The position numbers were made by a program, and so were the translations under genes. 55,491 bases of DNA from Bacteroidota bacterium (GTDB lineage Bacteria; Bacteroidota; Bacteroidia; Bacteroidales; FEN-979). The stretch is from assembly GCA_007280875.1 (NCBI GenBank), contig QYQJ01000019.1, positions 1 through 55,491 on the forward strand, written 5' to 3'. This document shows positions 38,742 to 46,810 of the stretch, in pieces. Every line of letters begins with the position of its first letter. Position 1 is the stretch's first letter. Under the pieces are notes generated by a model. It searched no databases and was not told where the DNA came from. It saw only the letters and a list, made by a program, of their open reading frames with translations.

Positions 38742-40307
38742 ATGCAGATCACGATCGATCATATCACCATTGACGTACAGGCAGGCCAAACCGTTCTGCA
38801 GGCCGCCGGGTCGGCCGGGATCCCGATCCCCTCCATGTGTTACCTGCCGGGCTATTCCAACCACCCCTCCTGCATGGTGTGCCTGGTCAAGGACCTCAAC
38901 ACCGGGCACCTCTTTCCCTCTTGTGCCATGCCGGTTTCAGACGGAATGAATCTTTCTGCATCCTCCGGAGATGTACTGGATGCAAGAAGAGAGGCGCTGG
39001 AGCTGCTCCTCAGTGACCATGTAGGAGATTGCGAAGCTCCCTGCCGGTTGTCCTGTCCGGCATTTATGGATATTCCCCGGATGAACCGGCTGATAGCCCT
39101 GAAGCGGATGGAAGAAGCACTCCGGATTGTTCGCGAAGACATTGCCCTCCCCCTGGTACTCGGGTATATTTGTCCGGCCCCGTGCGAAAATGCCTGCCGG
39201 CGGAAAAAAATTGACGAACCGGTCTCGATCTGCCTGCTCAAGCGGGTTACCGCCCGGGATGCAATTGTACGCAGCACAGGACTGGAAAAGCCAGAGAAAT
39301 TCACCGGGAAACGGCTGGCTGTGATCGGCACCGGTCCGGCCGGACTGGCTGCAGCCTTCTATACCCTGCGCAGGGGCCATGCTTGTGTATTGTACGATCA
39401 GCATGAACATCCGGGCGGAGCCCTGCGCTACGCGATCCCCGATGACCTGCTACCCAAACCGATGCTCGTCGCCGATATTGATTCTATCTACGCACTGGGA
39501 GGCGAGTTTAGACTGCAGTGTCGGGTTACCGGAGAACTCTGGGAACGGGAGATTCTTCCAGGTTTTGACGCCGTGATCCTGGCCACCGGCTTTCGCGAAG
39601 AATACCCGGTAGAGGAATTCGGGCTTCCTGCATTGGAAAAAGGACTCGTAATCGGAAAAAAGAGCTATACTTCCGGAAAGACGGGTGTGTTCGGTTGCGG
39701 CAGCATCATCTCCGAACAGCTGCTCGCGGTCCGGTCGGTGGCCCAGGGAAAAATGGCGGCGATGGAGGCCGATGCGTATCTTACCGGGAAGACGAATATA
39801 CGCCGAAAACCCTTTTTTGACTCGGTTATCGGACCGTTGATGACGGAGGAACACAAAGAATATGTAAAAGAAGCAACCAAAGAGCCGCGAACAGATCCAA
39901 GCCAAGGGTACCTGGCCGGTTTTTCACCTGATGAGGCAGTCCGGGAAGCCAGCCGGTGCCTGCACTGCGATTGCCGGAAACCGGTCACCTGCAAGCTCCG
40001 GATTTATGCCGATGAATATGGAGTGAACCGGAAGAAATTTGCCCCCGCTATACGGAAACAACTGACCCGGAACCTGCAGCATGAGCTGGTGGTCTATGAA
40101 CCGGAAAAGTGTATCCGGTGTGGATTGTGTGTGGAAATCACCCGGAAGGAACCAGAACTGTTGGGGCTGGCCTTTGTTGGAAGAGGGTTCGATGTCAGGA
40201 TCGCTGTCCCCTTCAGCAAGACCCTGCAGGAGGGATTGGAAAAAGCAGCAGCTGCCTGTGTGGAGGGGTGCCCGACGGGAGCACTTGCATATAGAAGTGA
40301 GAAGTAA
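38742..40307 (+). CDS. 2Fe-2S ferredoxin domain fused to a GltD-like FAD-binding oxidoreductase with extra Fe-S motifs
   Basis: N-terminal NuoG-like 2Fe-2S domain (MCY...SCMVCLV...SCAMPV) and GltD-type Cys region (GDCEAPCRLSCP, CPAPCENACRR). One dinucleotide fold (RLAVIGTGPAGLAAAF) and C-terminal CLHCDC...C and CIRCGLC motifs. I find no second GxGxxA/G Rossmann motif. Confidence 0.75.
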   Translation: MQITIDHITIDVQAGQTVLQAAGSAGIPIPSMCYLPGYSNHPSCMVCLVKDLNTGHLFPSCAMPVSDGMNLSASSGDVLDARREALELLLSDHVGDCEAPCRLSCPAFMDIPRMNRLIALKRMEEALRIVREDIALPLVLGYICPAPCENACRRKKIDEPVSICLLKRVTARDAIVRSTGLEKPEKFTGKRLAVIGTGPAGLAAAFYTLRRGHACVLYDQHEHPGGALRYAIPDDLLPKPMLVADIDSIYALGGEFRLQCRVTGELWEREILPGFDAVILATGFREEYPVEEFGLPALEKGLVIGKKSYTSGKTGVFGCGSIISEQLLAVRSVAQGKMAAMEADAYLTGKTNIRRKPFFDSVIGPLMTEEHKEYVKEATKEPRTDPSQGYLAGFSPDEAVREASRCLHCDCRKPVTCKLRIYADEYGVNRKKFAPAIRKQLTRNLQHELVVYEPEKCIRCGLCVEITRKEPELLGLAFVGRGFDVRIAVPFSKTLQEGLEKAAAACVEGCPTGALAYRSEK

Positions 40308-40308
40308 A

Positions 40309-41478
40309 ATGGAGAAATGGAGAAATAAGACACCCGCGTCATCCGCATTCCATTGGTGCTGGCTGCCAATCTGGATTATGATAGGTACCCTTCTGAACTC
40401 CTTTATCGGGTACAGCCAGACCAAAAACCCGGCATGCTGGCCCTCCTTCCGGGGAGATCCGCAACTCACGGGAACGGCAACGGGTTCCTTAAAACCCCCG
40501 CTTCAACTTCTCTGGACTTTCCAGGCCGGGGATGCCATAAAATCTTCACCCGTGATGTGTAACAACATGATCTTCTTTGGGTCCGATGACGGATTTATCT
40601 ATGCCCTCACCCGCGATGGGAAGCTGAAATGGAAATTCCCTGCCGGAACTGCTGTAGAGGCCGCGCCGCTTTACCTGGATAACACTGTCTATGCGGGTTC
40701 ACTCGAAGGTACGCTGTTCGCCGTGGATGCCACTTCCGGTAAGCTGAAGTGGAAATACCTGACCGAAGGGCAGATAGTTGGCTCCTCCAACTGGACCGTA
40801 ACAGCCGACGGCAGAAGGAAAGAGATCCTGACAGGCAGCTACGATTACAATCTTCACGCAGTCGATGCGGTTTCCGGAACGCCATTATGGAAGTATGAGT
40901 CCAACAATTTCATCAACGGATCTGCGGCCATAAGCGGGAGCCTGGCGATCTTCGGCGGATGCGACGGATACCTCCACCTGGTGAACACCGGTACCGGAAA
41001 GGTGGAGGACACCATCAACCTGGAAACCTATATCGCCTCCTCGGCAGCTATACAAGGCAATCAGGTCTGGTTTGGAAATTATGACGGGGAGTTCTTCTGC
41101 GTCGACCTGAAACAGCGATCGATCCGGTGGAAAACCGGAGGCGGAGGACCGTTTCTCTCTTCCCCTGCTGTTTTTGGCGAACGGGTGGTGATCGGATCAC
41201 AGAACCGTTATCTGTACTGTTATCATACCGAAACAGGAGAACTTATCTGGAAGTACAAAGCGCTTGGCAAGGTGGATGCCTCGCCTGTGGTCATTGGGAA
41301 TCTTGTGGTGATGGCATCCTCCGACGGTCGGGTGCATCTGCTGGAACTGGAAACCGGGAAAGAGGTCTGGGTGTATGAGATCGGGAGCCAGATTACGGCC
41401 ACCCCTGGGGTTGTTGCAGGGATGATCCTTGTGGGAGCTCATGACGGAATACTCTACGCATTTGGACCGGCAAAATGA
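40309..41478 (+). CDS. PQQ-like beta-propeller protein, signal peptide
   Basis: The start is set at ATG 40309 (MEKWRNK...), 1 nt after the previous stop. It has a hydrophobic signal, then WPSFRGD and blades (ALTRDGKLKWKF, VDATSGKLKWKY, VDAVSGTPLWKY, YHTETGELIWKY, LELETGKEVWVY). Confidence 0.8.
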   Translation: MEKWRNKTPASSAFHWCWLPIWIMIGTLLNSFIGYSQTKNPACWPSFRGDPQLTGTATGSLKPPLQLLWTFQAGDAIKSSPVMCNNMIFFGSDDGFIYALTRDGKLKWKFPAGTAVEAAPLYLDNTVYAGSLEGTLFAVDATSGKLKWKYLTEGQIVGSSNWTVTADGRRKEILTGSYDYNLHAVDAVSGTPLWKYESNNFINGSAAISGSLAIFGGCDGYLHLVNTGTGKVEDTINLETYIASSAAIQGNQVWFGNYDGEFFCVDLKQRSIRWKTGGGGPFLSSPAVFGERVVIGSQNRYLYCYHTETGELIWKYKALGKVDASPVVIGNLVVMASSDGRVHLLELETGKEVWVYEIGSQITATPGVVAGMILVGAHDGILYAFGPAK

Positions 41479-42824
41479 ATCAAAAGAGGAAAACCATGAA
41501 AATAATACAGATCGTACCGGGTTTTGGAGGCACATTTTACTGCGGTAATTGTTTGCGCGACAGTGCCTTGATCCAATCCCTGCGGAACGAAGGACACGAT
41601 GCATTGACCCTGCCCATGTACCTCCCGCTTACCCTGAATGGAGAGCCCCATACCGACGGGATCCCCGTCTTCTATGGTGCGGTGAATATCTACCTGAAAC
41701 AACGTTATCCCTGGCTCAGAAATATGCCTCACATGCTGGAACGCCTCCTGAATTCATATCCTGTCCTGCGCCTGGCTGCGCACAAAGCGGGATCCACCCG
41801 GGCAGAAGGACTGGAGGAGATGACCGAATCGATGCTGCTCGGGAGTGAGGGAAACCAGCGGGTCGAACTGGGCGAGCTGATCAAATTCCTCCAGCAGGAG
41901 AAACCTGACGTAGTGCACCTTTCAAATGCACTTCTTCTGGGAATGGCCAGGAGGATCAGGGAAGAGTTGAATATCCCGGTGATCTGCTCCCTCCAGGATG
42001 AAGATGTATGGGTGGATGCCATGCGACCCTCTTTCCGTGAGCGTATCTGGGAATTGATGACCCTGAACGGGAACTATGTGGAGGGGTTCATTGCCGTAAG
42101 TCATTATTACGCCGGTTTAATGCAGCAACGGATGAAGATCCCTGATGAAAAACTGCATGTAGTCCATATCGGGGTGAATCCGGATGCCTATGAACCTACC
42201 GTACCGGCGACCGATCCACCAGCCATCGGATTCCTTTCCAGGATGAACGAAGGAAATGGATTCGGGCTGCTGGTCGATGCCTTCCTGTTGCTGAAGAAGA
42301 AACAGGAGTTATCTTCACTGCGGTTGTATGCCACAGGGGGGATGACCGGTGACGATCTGCCGTTTTTCCGGAAACAGATACAAAAACTGAAAAAAGCGAA
42401 CCTGCAAAACCAGGTGGAGGTGCTGCACGACTTCCGGCAGGACCGGTTAAAGGATTTTTTCAAAAAAATCACAGTACTTTCCGTTCCGGTTTTGAAAGGA
42501 GAAGCATTCGGTTTATATCAGCTGGAGGCTCTGGCCTCCGGGATTCCTCTTGTTCAGCCAGCACTGGGTGCGTTTCCCGAAATCATCGAAACCACCGGTG
42601 GCGGGGTGATCTACCGACCCAATACAGCAGCAGCCCTGGCTGAAAAGCTCGAAGAGGCACTGGCCTCGGGAGCCGGTCTGGAGGTGATGAGCCGGGCGGG
42701 TACAGAGGCTGTAGCCCAACGGTTTAACTGCATGAACTTTACCCGAAAGCTGGTAGAGATCTATCAGCAAATTCTTGAATCAAACCCGACACAATATGCT
42801 GGCAGCACTTCAACAGGTAGATAA
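41475..42824 (+). CDS. Glycosyltransferase family 4 (GT-B, EX7E)
   Basis: EX7E motif (GEAFGLYQLEALASGIPLV) and a GT-B architecture. The N-terminus has CGNC. The start overlaps the previous stop (ATGA), and ATG 41496 is an alternative start. Confidence 0.8.
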   Translation: MNQKRKTMKIIQIVPGFGGTFYCGNCLRDSALIQSLRNEGHDALTLPMYLPLTLNGEPHTDGIPVFYGAVNIYLKQRYPWLRNMPHMLERLLNSYPVLRLAAHKAGSTRAEGLEEMTESMLLGSEGNQRVELGELIKFLQQEKPDVVHLSNALLLGMARRIREELNIPVICSLQDEDVWVDAMRPSFRERIWELMTLNGNYVEGFIAVSHYYAGLMQQRMKIPDEKLHVVHIGVNPDAYEPTVPATDPPAIGFLSRMNEGNGFGLLVDAFLLLKKKQELSSLRLYATGGMTGDDLPFFRKQIQKLKKANLQNQVEVLHDFRQDRLKDFFKKITVLSVPVLKGEAFGLYQLEALASGIPLVQPALGAFPEIIETTGGGVIYRPNTAAALAEKLEEALASGAGLEVMSRAGTEAVAQRFNCMNFTRKLVEIYQQILESNPTQYAGSTSTGR

Positions 42825-43467
42825 AAGTTATGATCATCCCGTTTTAAAGGAGGTCTCCCTGACCATCGCCCCCGGTGATTCAATCGCCATTGTAGGCCCA
42901 TCAGGATCAGGGAAGAGCACCCTGCTCAACATCCTGGGCACGCTCGACCGTCCCTCCTCCGGACAGGTAATCCTGAACGGAGAACTGGTTAAATCCATGA
43001 ATGAGAACCAGTTAGCCGGAATCCGGAACCGCTTCATCGGATTTGTATTTCAGCTCCATTACCTGCTACCCCAGCTTACCCTGATTGAAAACGTCATGCT
43101 CCCAACCCTTCCGGAGAAGAATAAAAAGAGCGTAAAGGAGGCCGAAGAACGGGCCCATCGCTTGCTTGAGCGGGTGGGTCTCTCAGAGCTGGCATACCGA
43201 CTGCCCGGAACAATGTCGGTAGGAGAATGTCAGCGTGCGGCAGTGGTCCGGGCGCTGATCAACAGACCGGGATTGCTCCTTGCCGATGAGCCGACCGGGT
43301 CGCTGGATGAGGACCACGCGCAGGCACTCGGGGAACTCCTGGCCGAACTGAACAGGGAAGAGAACATGGGGCTGGTGGTAGTTACGCACTCCATTGAGCT
43401 GGCGCGGCGGATGAAGGTGCGCTACCTTCTCCATTCCGGCAGGCTTGAAAAGATGGAAGAAACATGA
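42796..43467 (+). CDS. ABC transporter ATP-binding protein (MacB/LolD-type)
   Basis: Walker A GPSGSGKST, a signature-like MSVGECQR and Walker B LLLADEPTGSLD. It overlaps the end of the GT4 gene. Confidence 0.9.
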   Translation: MLAALQQVDKSYDHPVLKEVSLTIAPGDSIAIVGPSGSGKSTLLNILGTLDRPSSGQVILNGELVKSMNENQLAGIRNRFIGFVFQLHYLLPQLTLIENVMLPTLPEKNKKSVKEAEERAHRLLERVGLSELAYRLPGTMSVGECQRAAVVRALINRPGLLLADEPTGSLDEDHAQALGELLAELNREENMGLVVVTHSIELARRMKVRYLLHSGRLEKMEET

Positions 43468-46400
43468 AGACAGGAACGCTGATATACAGGAATCTGCGTT
43501 TTTACCGGCGACCCTACCTTGCCATTCTGGTCGGTGTGATGGTCAGTACCGCGGTACTCACCGGAGCGCTTCTGGTCGGGGATTCGGTCAGAGGATCGCT
43601 GGAGAGACTGACAAACCTGAGGTTGGGCTCGACCCGATGGGCAATGAAACCGGGTGATCGTTTTTTCCGGGTTGCTTTGGCAGCCGACCTCTCCCGGAAA
43701 TTGAACCGGCCTGTGGTACCAGTGCTTCAGCTGACAGGAATCGGGGTCAATGTCGCGACAGGCGACAGAGTTCAGAATATTGAGGTAGTGGGGATTGACA
43801 GTGAGTTTGCTTCACTGTGGAATCCGGTAACGGTTATCCCGGCAATGGATGAGGTGATCGTCAGCGACAACCTGGCATTAAAACTGGACCTGCAGGTAGG
43901 TGATCCGCTGCTGATCCGGCTGCCGAAAGTAGCAAAAACCCCGCAGAATGCTCCTTTTGTGGCGGATGAGACCCCAGCGGCATCGATCCGGCTTATCGTC
44001 AGAGCCATTGCCGGAGAGGAGAACATGGGAAGATTCAGCCTGAAAAACAACCAGCAGGCTCCCCTGAATGCATTTGTTTCGCTGGAGCAACTGGGGGAAC
44101 GGGTCGGTTTGCCGGGATCTGCCAACCTGCTTCTGATTCCTGTAACCGGTGAAGCTGCCTTAACCACGGAGCAACTCGACACGACCCTTGCACGGGTCTG
44201 GCAGGTACAGGATGCCGGAATCCGGATTGAACGGCTGGGTCGACCCGTTCACTATCAAATCGTCACGGACCGGATCTTCTTTGATGATCAAACTGTTCAG
44301 GCCATCCGGCAGAGCCTGCCAGGAGCAGAACGGATGTCTATTTACCTGGCAAATACCTTTTCTTCCGACCACAGGGAGACCCCTTATTCTTTCGTTGCAG
44401 CGGTGGATAGCGGTATCCTGCCCGGTTCACCACAACCCGGGGAAATCATTGTTACCGACTGGCTGGCAGATGACCTGCATATCCGGCCGGGTGATTCCCT
44501 GACCATGACCTATTATGTAATGGGGCCACTCAGAAGATTGCAGGAGAAAGGGGCAGGATTTACCGTGTCGGGGATCATCCCGTTGCGGACAATTCCTTCC
44601 GGAGAGGCCATGATGCCCGCGTTTCCCGGGATGAATGACGCCGGCCATTGCCGAGACTGGGAGACCGGCGCTCCGATCGACCTGGATCGGATCCGTGATC
44701 AGGACGAGGCCTATTGGAATACTTTCCGGGGAACACCCAAAGCATTCATCTCCCTGACCGATGGAGAGAAATGCTGGGCCAATCCATTCGGAACAGTCAC
44801 CGCTTTCCGCGTTAACTCAAATATCGACTCCCTTATTCTTGCCTCCCTGGATCCTGCCTGGTACGGATTTCTCTTCCGGCCTGTCTGGGAAGAGGGGCAG
44901 CAAGCCGCGATGAATTCTACCGATTTCGGAGGCCTCTTTCTCAGTCTCAGTTTTTTTCTGATTGCTTCCGCACTGCTGCTGACCGCTTTGCTTTTTTCTC
45001 TCCATGCCCGTACACGGATGTCTGAAGTGGGTGTACTTTCCGGGCTGGGTTTCCGGAAAAGGGAGATCATGCGTATCCTGATGGCAGAAGCACTCCTGGT
45101 GGTGATCCCGGGCGCGATCCTGGGGGCTCTCACAGGAATCATTTATAACAAATTCATTCTCATAGGATTGAACACCCTTTGGCAGGATGCGGTAAGAACC
45201 TCTATGCTCCGGATGGTGGTCGGCTTTTCCACGCTCGCCTTCGGAGCAATCAGTGGATTTATTCTGGCCGGGATGGTGCTGTTTTTGACACTGAGAAGGC
45301 AACTGCGGAAGCCCGTTTCAGGTCTTGTAAGAGGAACAATGGTTCCGGCACCCGCTGATCAGAGGCGGAACAGAAAAATCCGACTGGGAATAGGAATTAT
45401 ACTGGTATCTTGTTCACTGATCTTTCTGGTGGCATTACTGACCACTTCGCTGGCACAGGACGCAGAGCTCTTTCTGGCAGTGGGGGGATTGATGATGGGA
45501 GGAGGGATCTTTCTGATGAATGCGTGGCTGGTACCCTTGCCCGGGAGACAGCCTAAACGGGTTAGCGGTATACTGCCCCTGGTATGGAAACTCGGCTCCC
45601 TGAAGCGGGGCCGGGGACTGGCAGCCATTTCATTGCTTGCGTTGGGAACTTTTACGGTTATTATCACCGGCGCCAACCGGAAAACCTTTTATGGGGCGGA
45701 ACGGGACCGGCAATCGGGAACCGGCGGTTTTCTCCTGTGGGGCGAGTCTACCATGCCGGTGCTGTACGATCTCAACACCCCTTCCGGAAAATCTTATTTT
45801 GGCCTGCAGGATGAACCGGTGCTGCAGGATATCAGGTATTTTCAGCTCCACCGTCTCGACGGAAACGACGCAAGTTGCCTGAACCTGAATCAGGTTCCGC
45901 AACCCATGATGCTCGGAATTCCGGAGCGGGAGTTCGACCGGCTGAATGCATTCCGGCTCGTGAATGCCATGCAGAATGTAGATCCGAAGCACCCCTGGCG
46001 GGCTCTCGGGAAGGAAATTGTGCCCGGAGTGATCCCTGCTTTTGCCGATCAGACCGTCATCACCTGGGGATTAAGGAAAAAGGTGGGCGATACTTTGCTG
46101 TTTCGCGACGAGACCGGTGAAACGCTCCGGGTGGTACTGGCAGGAGGACTGGATAACTCCATATTTCAGGGGCATCTCCTGGTTTCAGACAGCCTGTTGA
46201 AACGTTTTTTTCCCTCTATAAGCGGATCCCGGATCATGCTGGTTGACGGGCCATTTGACCGGCAAACGGAAATTGCAAACAGGCTGGAAGCCCTGTTTGT
46301 AGACAATGGATTGGTCACCATTCCGGCGTCGGAACGCCTGGCTGAATTCAACTCGGTGGAAAATACCTATCTTTCGGTCTTCATGATTCTTGGAGCGCTG

Positions 46401-46745
46401 GGTGTACTGATCGGTACGGTTGGATTTGGCATCATTCTGTGGCGCAACACCCTGGAACGATCCGCAGAGTTGGCTATCTATACGGTAATAGGATTTTCAA
46501 AAAAACTGATATTCAATCTGTTAGTCACTGAATATTGCATCATCCTGGGTGCCGGGATGGGAATCGGAATGATCGGAGCCCTGACGGGCATCCTCCCTTC
46601 ACTGATCTCTCCGGCCTATCAGATGCCGGGTGGATTTCTTTTAATCATCCTGGCAGTGATCTGGGTCAGTGGATTCGTATGGATTGTAATTCCAGCCCGC
46701 TCCATTCTCCGGAAAAATATGGTGCAATCACTTCGTACGGAATAA
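43464..46745 (+). CDS. Large ABC permease with two FtsX-type modules and two large extracytoplasmic domains
   Basis: 1093 aa. The layout is an N-terminal TM, a ~450-aa soluble domain, a TM bundle, a second ~250-aa soluble domain and a C-terminal TM bundle (MacB/FtsX architecture). The start overlaps the ATPase stop (ATGA). Confidence 0.8.
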   Translation: MKTGTLIYRNLRFYRRPYLAILVGVMVSTAVLTGALLVGDSVRGSLERLTNLRLGSTRWAMKPGDRFFRVALAADLSRKLNRPVVPVLQLTGIGVNVATGDRVQNIEVVGIDSEFASLWNPVTVIPAMDEVIVSDNLALKLDLQVGDPLLIRLPKVAKTPQNAPFVADETPAASIRLIVRAIAGEENMGRFSLKNNQQAPLNAFVSLEQLGERVGLPGSANLLLIPVTGEAALTTEQLDTTLARVWQVQDAGIRIERLGRPVHYQIVTDRIFFDDQTVQAIRQSLPGAERMSIYLANTFSSDHRETPYSFVAAVDSGILPGSPQPGEIIVTDWLADDLHIRPGDSLTMTYYVMGPLRRLQEKGAGFTVSGIIPLRTIPSGEAMMPAFPGMNDAGHCRDWETGAPIDLDRIRDQDEAYWNTFRGTPKAFISLTDGEKCWANPFGTVTAFRVNSNIDSLILASLDPAWYGFLFRPVWEEGQQAAMNSTDFGGLFLSLSFFLIASALLLTALLFSLHARTRMSEVGVLSGLGFRKREIMRILMAEALLVVIPGAILGALTGIIYNKFILIGLNTLWQDAVRTSMLRMVVGFSTLAFGAISGFILAGMVLFLTLRRQLRKPVSGLVRGTMVPAPADQRRNRKIRLGIGIILVSCSLIFLVALLTTSLAQDAELFLAVGGLMMGGGIFLMNAWLVPLPGRQPKRVSGILPLVWKLGSLKRGRGLAAISLLALGTFTVIITGANRKTFYGAERDRQSGTGGFLLWGESTMPVLYDLNTPSGKSYFGLQDEPVLQDIRYFQLHRLDGNDASCLNLNQVPQPMMLGIPEREFDRLNAFRLVNAMQNVDPKHPWRALGKEIVPGVIPAFADQTVITWGLRKKVGDTLLFRDETGETLRVVLAGGLDNSIFQGHLLVSDSLLKRFFPSISGSRIMLVDGPFDRQTEIANRLEALFVDNGLVTIPASERLAEFNSVENTYLSVFMILGALGVLIGTVGFGIILWRNTLERSAELAIYTVIGFSKKLIFNLLVTEYCIILGAGMGIGMIGALTGILPSLISPAYQMPGGFLLIILAVIWVSGFVWIVIPARSILRKNMVQSLRTE

Positions 46746-46810
46746 CATACAGGAATAATTGCGAACCAATTAATTTTACCTATGAAAATGATCAAAACAT
46801 CCCTCGTAAA

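Noticed and set aside
40081-40308. 76-codon N-terminal extension of the last propeller ORF
   Set aside because: It overlaps the 3' end of the GltD-like gene in another frame. ATG 40309, 1 nt after that gene's stop, gives a normal signal peptide.
37440-40469. Several minus-strand ORFs of 150-226 aa inside the NuoEF-like and GltD-like genes
   Set aside because: They are antisense to CDSs with unmistakable FMN, NADH and Fe-S motifs, and are typical shadows of GC-richer coding sequence.
28554-46745. Multiheme cytochromes (CxxCH) that would mark a classical extracellular electron-transfer system
   Set aside because: I found no CxxCH motif in any cluster protein by eye. The cluster appears to be Fe-S and flavin based only.
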